Assembly (NCBI GenBank): GCA_030141605.1
Contig: JAQGDQ010002092.1
Coordinates: 1-15,247 of the forward strand
Length of the DNA stretch: 15,247 nt
Direction: 5' to 3'
Source: Tubiluchus corallicola
Lineage: Eukaryota; Animalia; Priapulida
The position numbers were made by a program, and so were the translations under genes. How positions within the stretch are numbered: position 1 is the stretch's first letter; the number at the start of each line of letters is the position of its first letter. Positions 8,475-15,247 of the stretch are shown in pieces. The notes below the pieces were generated by a model. The model was given only the letters and a program-made list of their open reading frames with translations, ran no database searches and was not told where the DNA came from.

Positions 8475-8923
8475 GATCTTCGTTTGACTATCGCTGCGAC
8501 CCGTGGTAAGCTATTGACGAAATTCTCAAACCAAATTCGATTTTCAAGCCGTTTGAAGACTGCTGGTCAACCAAGCGTGACGTGTGGCTTCATCCGCGTG
8601 TAACATCAGTGTTTAGATTGTCTGGCTTCAGCAAACTGCAGTGGTAGCGGCGGCACCTGTAGCTTGGCAACTGTTTACAGGTAAATACAGGTGAAAAACA
8701 GAGGCGGTTTTGACGTAAATTATCAGGGGCGGAGATGCTGTCTAACTTGGAAACAGAAAGAGACATCTAGTGCAGAGGAAACGCATCAAATTGTACCGGA
8801 AATTTCCATGAAAGAAAAGAATATTGCATTTTATTCAAAGAGCTATGCCAATGCTAAAGTTATAGCTATTATAGTTCATCATTATGCCTTAGGCGGGTTG
8901 TCACGATGTTTGCCTATTGAGAT

Positions 8924-8975
8924 TTAAATTAACGCAGAGCCTAGCTAGTAATTTGATGGGTGCCCACCATGAAAA
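8924..8975 (+). pseudogene. Diverged 5S-like 3'-half fragment
   Basis: AACGCAGAGCCTAGCTAGTAATTTGATGGGTGCCCACC resembles the 5S box C region; related to 12693-12735. Confidence 0.45.
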
Positions 8976-9006
8976 CTGCTTCTGGTTGTACTGCTGCCTA
9001 TAATGT

Positions 9007-9349
9007 TTTCTCTCGCTAAGGAAGGTGGCTAGTGACACACCTGCCAGTTCATTCTCTCAGTGAATAATCTTAGCAAAATGCAAGATTCCGGTCCTGTCTC
9101 AGCAGCCACAGTTAGTGCTGGATTAAAGTGCTCCACTGTGCTATACTGTATAAGAACACGTGCAAACAATTTTCTCTCGCTAAGGAAGGTGCATTTGAAC
9201 GTGGCTAGTGACACACCTACCAGTTCATTGGGTCAGCAGTGGATAATCTTAGCAAAATGTAAGATTCCGGTCCTGTCTCAAGAGCCACAGTTAGTGCTGG
9301 ATCAAAGTGCTCCACAGTGCTATACTGTATAAGAACATGTGCAAACAAT
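9007..9349. repeat. Imperfect tandem duplication (9007-9170 and 9171-9349)
   Basis: Both units start TTTCTCTCGCTAAGGAAGGT and end GTGCAAACAAT; the second has small insertions. Confidence 0.92.
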
Positions 9350-9576
9350 GTACGTGAATAAATGAGAGAACATACCAATGAGCGTGAGAAAGAGAGTGAA
9401 TATCGTCAGGATAAACAAAAGAATGAACAAATAAAGGAGCGAATGAGCACAGAACTAGAGGAATAAATGACGAGAAAACAAGCAAACAAAGGAACAAACA
9501 AACAAATAAACAACAAACAAACACACATAACAAACAAATAATAGTTGTTTGTGCTGCTTGAATGTATGTCTGCTTT

Positions 9577-9666
9577 GCTGCTGCTGGTGGTGGTGCTGGT
9601 GGTGGTGGTGGTGGTGGTGGTGGTGTTGTTGTTGGTGGTGGTGGTGGTGGTGCTGCTGGTGGTGGT
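9577..9666. repeat. (GGT/GCT/GTT)n trinucleotide microsatellite
   Basis: Read directly. Confidence 0.9.
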
Positions 9667-11149
9667 ATATTGTTGGCGTATTTAAGGACTCGTTGTTTTA
9701 GAATAGTTTAGTGCAATTATTTTACTTCTGTATAGAAAAGATAAGTCATAAGTCATTTATTTCACATTACACATTTACAATAGTTTCATGTACAATATCT
9801 AGTGAAAGGGCCTACAATGGATATAATACAAATAAGAAATACTGCACAGGAAAAGCCTCAAACACTGTTCACCTATATACAAACGTAAATGTGTTGCGGT
9901 CAATCAAAAAGCAGGGCCTGTTAGGTTGTCCCACACAGTGAAAGAAAAAAAAAGCAATGGAAATAATCTGAAGATTTAAAGTGAATCGTGATAAAAAACA
10001 TTAGTGCTTAAAATGGAATGATGAAATGAATGAAGCTCATACATTGGATGATATAAAAGATAGAAAGACTATTATTTGTTAATAACATTTTTTTCATTTT
10101 TTGAAGCTAATACCAGCTGTTAGAAGGAACCTAAGTGACAAACCAGTGTACTATTCAAACCTGTAATAACACAGCTCACCAAAGTAAATCTTCAAATCAT
10201 AAAAAAACAAAATGTCTCCGTGGAAATTGTCCATTTGTCCGTGCTGAAGTCAATTTGTATAAACTCCCCACCGCCAGTACAATTCTTAATTAATAAAATT
10301 GTTACTTTGCATTAATTATTAACGTTCGTTACCATGGGAGCAACAGCAGAGGTATGCTACTAGCTGATTACCTAGAATTCCACCTGTTATTGTTGTTGTT
10401 GTCGTCTGCATTCTTATATTGTTTTTGGTTTATTTTGTTTACAATCCTGTGATATTTTATTATCGTGTTAGTAATAACATCATGTTGTCTGCATATATAC
10501 AGCACTTTAGCAGCTGTTAAAATGTTATAACGTGAGCAAAAACAGTATTAAAGATTATCGTGCAGTAATTTACATTGGGTTATCGAATGTACACGTTTGC
10601 GAGAGAAAGAGCATGGCTGACTATTACAAATTACTACTTTTGTGCAAAGAAATTCAAGGTCATTCAGATTATACTTGGAGAATCGTCACTATTTGACTTC
10701 CACCGGAAAAGTGATATAATATACGATACAGTAGATAACAATATGGCATGAGACAATGGTGGACTAGAGCGTGCTGTTAGGGCAAGTGTGCACAGAACTT
10801 TCTTGAAATTTCTGATCCATTCATGCCAAACAAAAAGAGATTAAAGGTTCATTGTTAGAAACAACATTTTAGCACATATCATTAAAATATGTAACAGCAA
10901 TAGAGAAATCTACAAAGTTAGAGAACTAGCGATTATACATATCCCAGCTAATCAGACACTTCATTCAATTTTTTACCACATTTCAAATATTATGAGCTCT
11001 GTAGATTAAAAGTACCCAATATAGCTGACTTTACTGAATACCACGAACTACTGTTAGTAATTTCGTAGTGATCGAGTGATATTCTTACTGTTTAGAAAGG
11101 TAATTTGCGAAGGAAAATTTATTTAAATAATTGCTTGAGCTGAGAGTTG

Positions 11150-11232
11150 ATGGACATTTATTTCTTCTGATGGGCAAGATGTCTTCAGAGATGGAAAATG
11201 TGAACCAACAACTTTTCAACTATCCTGAATGA
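11150..11232 (+). promoter_or_regulatory. Two stacked putative uORFs ahead of the claudin-like ORF
   Basis: 11150-11170 MDIYFF* overlaps via TGATG with 11170-11232 MGKMSSEMENVNQQLFNYPE*; candidate acceptor ttcttactgtttag at 11095. Requires that the region is exonic. Confidence 0.35.
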
Positions 11233-11268
11233 GGTGCCAGATCACGTATACAATCCATTGAGGGTGAG

Positions 11269-11635
11269 ATGTGTACCCGTTTATTGCACCCTTACCAAGG
11301 ATGCCTTCATGCCATAGTTGCTCCGGATAAATACATCTGTGTTGTCGTCTTCTGCGTTCTTCTGACACTTGTGACCACTTGTAGTGTTCTGGTACCAGCG
11401 GTCAAAAATAACTGGGAGTTGGTCACTTACAACAAAGACGTATTGTACGAAATGACCAACAGCTCTGTGGGTCCTGACAGTCATTTATTTGTGGCTGTTG
11501 TTGAAGAGACTAACAACATGATCGTAATAAAAGAAACAAGAATGAATGAGAATAATACCATTGCGAATAGTACAAGTTTCGTTTTCTTGATAAACATGGC
11601 AGGCGGACTGTGGAAAATCTGTGATACTTTAACAG
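11269..11635 (+). CDS. PMP22/EMP/claudin-superfamily membrane protein, first coding exon
   Basis: Non-repetitive ORF with TM1 (YICVVVFCVLLTLVTTCSVLVPAV), then NNW, a loop with N-glycosylation sequons (NSS, NNT, NST) and GGLWKIC, i.e. the W...GLW..C signature; donor ACAG|gtaaaa at 11635/11636 (phase 1). Later exons not found in the window. Confidence 0.8.
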
Positions 11636-12692
11636 GTAAAAACAGGACCGGATTTTGATTTTGTAGACCTCTGGGTTACAGGAAATGTAAGGCTCAGGCT
11701 CCTTTAACTTCAAGAACAAGACCAAGAATACCTGGTTCAGAGGTACAGTAGGCTTAAACCTACTGAGATGAGTGGCAAAGTGTGGCTAAGCTATCTCTGA
11801 ACAGAGATGTCTTACCTTTGCCAGAGGAGATGTGTTCGGGCTTCCAAAAACCAAATTCGAAACTCGATTAAATTTTGCTCTTTCTTTGCTCTTTATTTGC
11901 CAAAACATGTCATTCCATCTAAACATAAGAAATTAGTGTCAAAAATAACAAAAAATAATACTAGCCAAAAGTCAATTTTACATAATGAAGAGTTCTACAC
12001 TGTACTGTCATATTAATTAATACCTAGCTGTTATTTTAAACTAAATTTAAGTTTATTAAAGTAATTAGAGGATATACATACGTTATTAGCCCCAAATCAT
12101 GAGCAATTGTAAACAGATAACGACAATATCTAATCAACATATCATGACACGTCTTCACTTCATAGTAGGCCTCTGACCCAGATCAAATTGATCACGTGAT
12201 TAGGCCAAAAATCACCACAAGGTGGTCAAAGCCAACAACAAGCGAAGGCCGCCAAGCACGCCAATGCAAGATTTCTAGTACAAGATGCGCTCTCAAGTCA
12301 TATAAAATTCTACAAGCCATTGTAACTTAGAGACGTCGTGGCTTTCCGTAAACGCGCGCTGCTTAAACTAATTCAAACTTCCGCAGCTTATCTAATATTT
12401 ACGCAAAAACATTACAGATGTGGCCATCTTTGTTTTTGTAAAAACTTATAATACTTTTGGGGAGGCATGACAGTGCACTACTTTTCTTCAGGACGAATGA
12501 CGTCATTGGAAGAAGAATGGGCATTGAAAATGGGAGCGTCCAAGCACGAAGTGTTGGCGATTTTAAAATGATTTTAGTTAACTACACGACGCGCTTATTG
12601 CAGTTTCATTATTAAATCTTTCTAACATTTTTCGCGAGTATTGAAAAACGAATAACCTCCTAGAATGCTTGACTTTTCCTTTAAACGTGTCT

Positions 12693-12735
12693 AGGGCTGG
12701 TTAGTTAGTAAGTTAGATGGGTGTCCACCAAGAAA
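12693..12735 (+). pseudogene. Diverged 5S-like 3'-half fragment
   Basis: AGGGCTGGTTAGTTAGTAAGTTAGATGGGTGTCCACCAAGAAA resembles the 5S box C region and 8924-8975. Confidence 0.4.
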
Positions 12736-14130
12736 AATTATTCTGAGTGATTTCATCCGCTGCAGTTCCACATTGTATTTTTCAGCCTTTGGACGATTTA
12801 ACAAAATTTGTTCAATTTTAATATTTTAATTAATAAAGCACTTAAGTGGCAATGAATTTGACTAGACTGTGGGCATTGAAATAGCTGGGAGAACTGTTAC
12901 GGAATTAAAGCTTGCCCACAATTATTAAGCCTGTTAGCTTTTACAATCAGAGAATCAAACAACACAATCATTAACAAATCACGAGGAATTATATTATAAT
13001 AACTATACTAGCAGGTACAATCACAGAATCAAAATGACTCAAAAAATACATGACTCAAAAGTAAACATAAAGAAAAAAGAGAAGATGAAGAAGCAGAAAA
13101 AAGACAAAAAAATAGCCTCTAATTTTTTAATTTTATCCTGTCATTTCGTACAGATTTCACACAGAACAGTAAACGCTTAGTGCAAACGGGAATGTTAAAA
13201 ACACAAAAATGCATTGATTACATCTTTCATCTTTGGGAGCATTTGTACCTGCAGTCCAGTGCCTGACTGTATCTTAGCTGTTTAAAGAGAAATACACGAA
13301 GCTTTTATTGCCGTCTTGTTGTACATTATATTTAAGAGATACATTTACATTGCCAGCTTCCACGGCTAACAAAGTAAAAGCGTGGTTAGGCACAAGGCAC
13401 CCAGACTGTGTGAAGCCAGATTTGAGTGTGAAGCCACAAGTTTTCAATGCGTCTTCATTCTTTAGTTAATAGGTTTAATTGTTGTTTCTTAATACTGATA
13501 GGTTTGTTGGATTTTGTATATATATATATATATATGTACATTCATTCATCTATCTATACTCTTATATTAATATTCTTGGTATATATATTTATTTATTTAT
13601 GTATATATAAGATTCGAGGCTACAGCTTCGACGACGGCACCATTTGCAGCGATCTATACATCAAACGAAAGGTCTCTATCTAGTGTCGTCTCATTGGAGG
13701 TTTATTTTTCCCAATGGGGCCCACCGGAAGGAACGGGAGGCAAAAAACCCCCAAAAATGGCCATTTTTCGGCCGTTTTTTGCAAAACTTATACGCCTGAG
13801 ATCTGAAGAGTGGGAACGGGCCGTGGGTGGTGATAGCCCGTTCAGCGCTGGGTAGATTTATTTAAATCTAGTAGGCATATTTAGAATTCGAGAGAGGGCC
13901 ACGGCGTCCCGTAACGGACGTTTTCCCGGACCCAACTCGCGATTTTTTCGAAATTTTGACCAAACAGCCTGCAGAAAAACGCTTTAGAGGCGCCTGGTGG
14001 GACTCTCGGAAGGAGATGTATAGCTCTTTAGAAAGAGGAAGGACAAAGCTACACGATGATGCGGGCTATATTTTAGGGCTCACTCACTCACTCACTCGCC
14101 TAGTGTCGAGATAGAGTATGGGCATCCCGC

Positions 14131-14272
14131 AAACCTCCACCACCTGGTATTCCACCTGGTAGGTCACCCATCCAAGTGCTAACCAGACTCCACGTTGCTT
14201 AACTTCGGTGATCAGACGAGAACCGGTGTCATCAACATGATTTGAACAACCGGTATCTTCAACGCCGTACTC
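14131..14272 (-). pseudogene. 5S rRNA-derived segment inside copy B
   Basis: Reverse complement of 6664-6805; keeps AAGCAACGT, closer to 5S than copy A. Confidence 0.85.
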
Positions 14273-14352
14273 GTGTATAAGCACCTGCTCGTGGTATACA
14301 AGAATTGCAAACTTGCTACATACGAACATGTACTAATGCGTATAAATTGTCC

Positions 14353-14642
14353 TCAAATACCAGTAAAATCAGAAACAAAACGAAAACATTCCTCTCTTAC
14401 ATGAGCGTACAGTGGACATTCACTAATTACATGCAATTCATCTTCCACTTTGTTCTTATAAGAATTTTTAAAAAGTTTACACCTTCTAAGTTTATTGTTA
14501 TTTTCATTCGGTGTAGGACGGTTCATTTCCTGCAGCCAGTATTGTCTATACCGAGATCCAAGTTTATCGTAGATGGCTTTGATAAATTTCTTTTTATAAA
14601 TGTACCTTTGGTCTCATAAACATGTCCAAACCGAAACCGAAA
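14353..14642 (-). pseudogene. LINE ORF2 C-terminal fragment inside copy B
   Basis: Mirror of 6293-6583 with a +1/-1 indel pair near 14595-14620. Confidence 0.65.
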
Positions 14643-15247
14643 TCAAACAAAAACAGTTTTAATGCACATAGCCTGCGAAAGTTCACCACATTCGCTAATG
14701 TCTTTAGAAAGAACATTAGCATCTTTTGCAATAATGCGGTGGCTGTTATCTCTACGTACAAACAGCTAATGACAGAATTATCTTAAGACTTGCCTAAAAT
14801 AGCGGAACACGTCATAGTCATAATGGCAATTTTCAAATCCAAAGAATGTAACGGTTATAAAAATCAATTAGCGAAGAATTTTGCCATTGCTGCCTTAAGT
14901 TAAATTCAGTAGTCATTATGAAGTTTCAAATGTTTTGTTATACAGAAATTCCTACTGAAACATTTGTTGCAGTGATAGGTTACCATTTACATTTGTTTTG
15001 TTCCTAGTTTTAATGCTTATGAGATCGCCTTTATGAGTATATTACTAAAGAGCTGAAAGTACTGGCATTTTCTTTCTTTGCTCTGTAATATCATTAAAGT
15101 TTATGAAATCTACATTTTAATTGTGTTTTGAGTGTTTTCTGAAGAGTAGGTTCTTTACATGTATTCTAATATATAATTTGTAGGTATTAAATTTTGTTAG
15201 TGAGTATAATATAGATGAGTGAAAGACTAATTCGGATCTGTTCTTAA

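Larger units (their letters stand above)
13031..14918 (-). mobile_element. ~1.9-kb composite repeat, copy B (inverted partner 6019-7891), in the presumed claudin-like intron
   Basis: Reverse complement of copy A; differs by substitutions and a 15-bp extra segment TAACAAAGTAAAAGC at ~13367-13381. Confidence 0.9.

Noticed and set aside
10334-10351. Mini exon ATGGGAGCAACAGCAGAG|gtatgc as coding start of the claudin-like gene
   Set aside because: Splicing to the 11096 acceptor hits a stop at ~11141; at most a UTR exon, unsupported.
12240-12685. Helitron 3' end (TTTCTAGT near 12275) and Kolobok-like ends (CCTTTAA at ~12678 and ~2488)
   Set aside because: No convincing hairpin and no matching opposite terminus found by eye.

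Overview
AT-rich, intron-containing animal (probably invertebrate) genomic DNA, not prokaryotic. It holds the first three coding exons of a caveolin gene on the minus strand (8474-8409, 3870-3786, 1468-1323; GT-AG sites and phases join into a 99-aa reading frame with an FDDIIAEP signature). Head-to-head with it is the first coding exon of a PMP22/claudin-superfamily membrane protein on the plus strand (11269-11635). Two large inverted duplications dominate the architecture. (i) 1-918 vs 3309-4224 places an intact antisense copy of caveolin exon 2 downstream of exon 3, so two exon-2 copies point inward at one exon 3. (ii) A ~1.9-kb composite element (LINE 3' fragment, 5S-rRNA-derived segment, GC-rich piece) at 6019-7891 and 13031-14918 brackets the first exons and presumed promoters of both genes. 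Also present: 53-, 113-, 16- and 12/22-bp tandem arrays (two include caveolin splice sites), five 5S-derived fragments, a 79-bp piggyBac-type MITE and microsatellites. Most ORFs in the supplied track are repeat artefacts. All functional models for the inversions are inference, and mis-assembly cannot be excluded from sequence alone.
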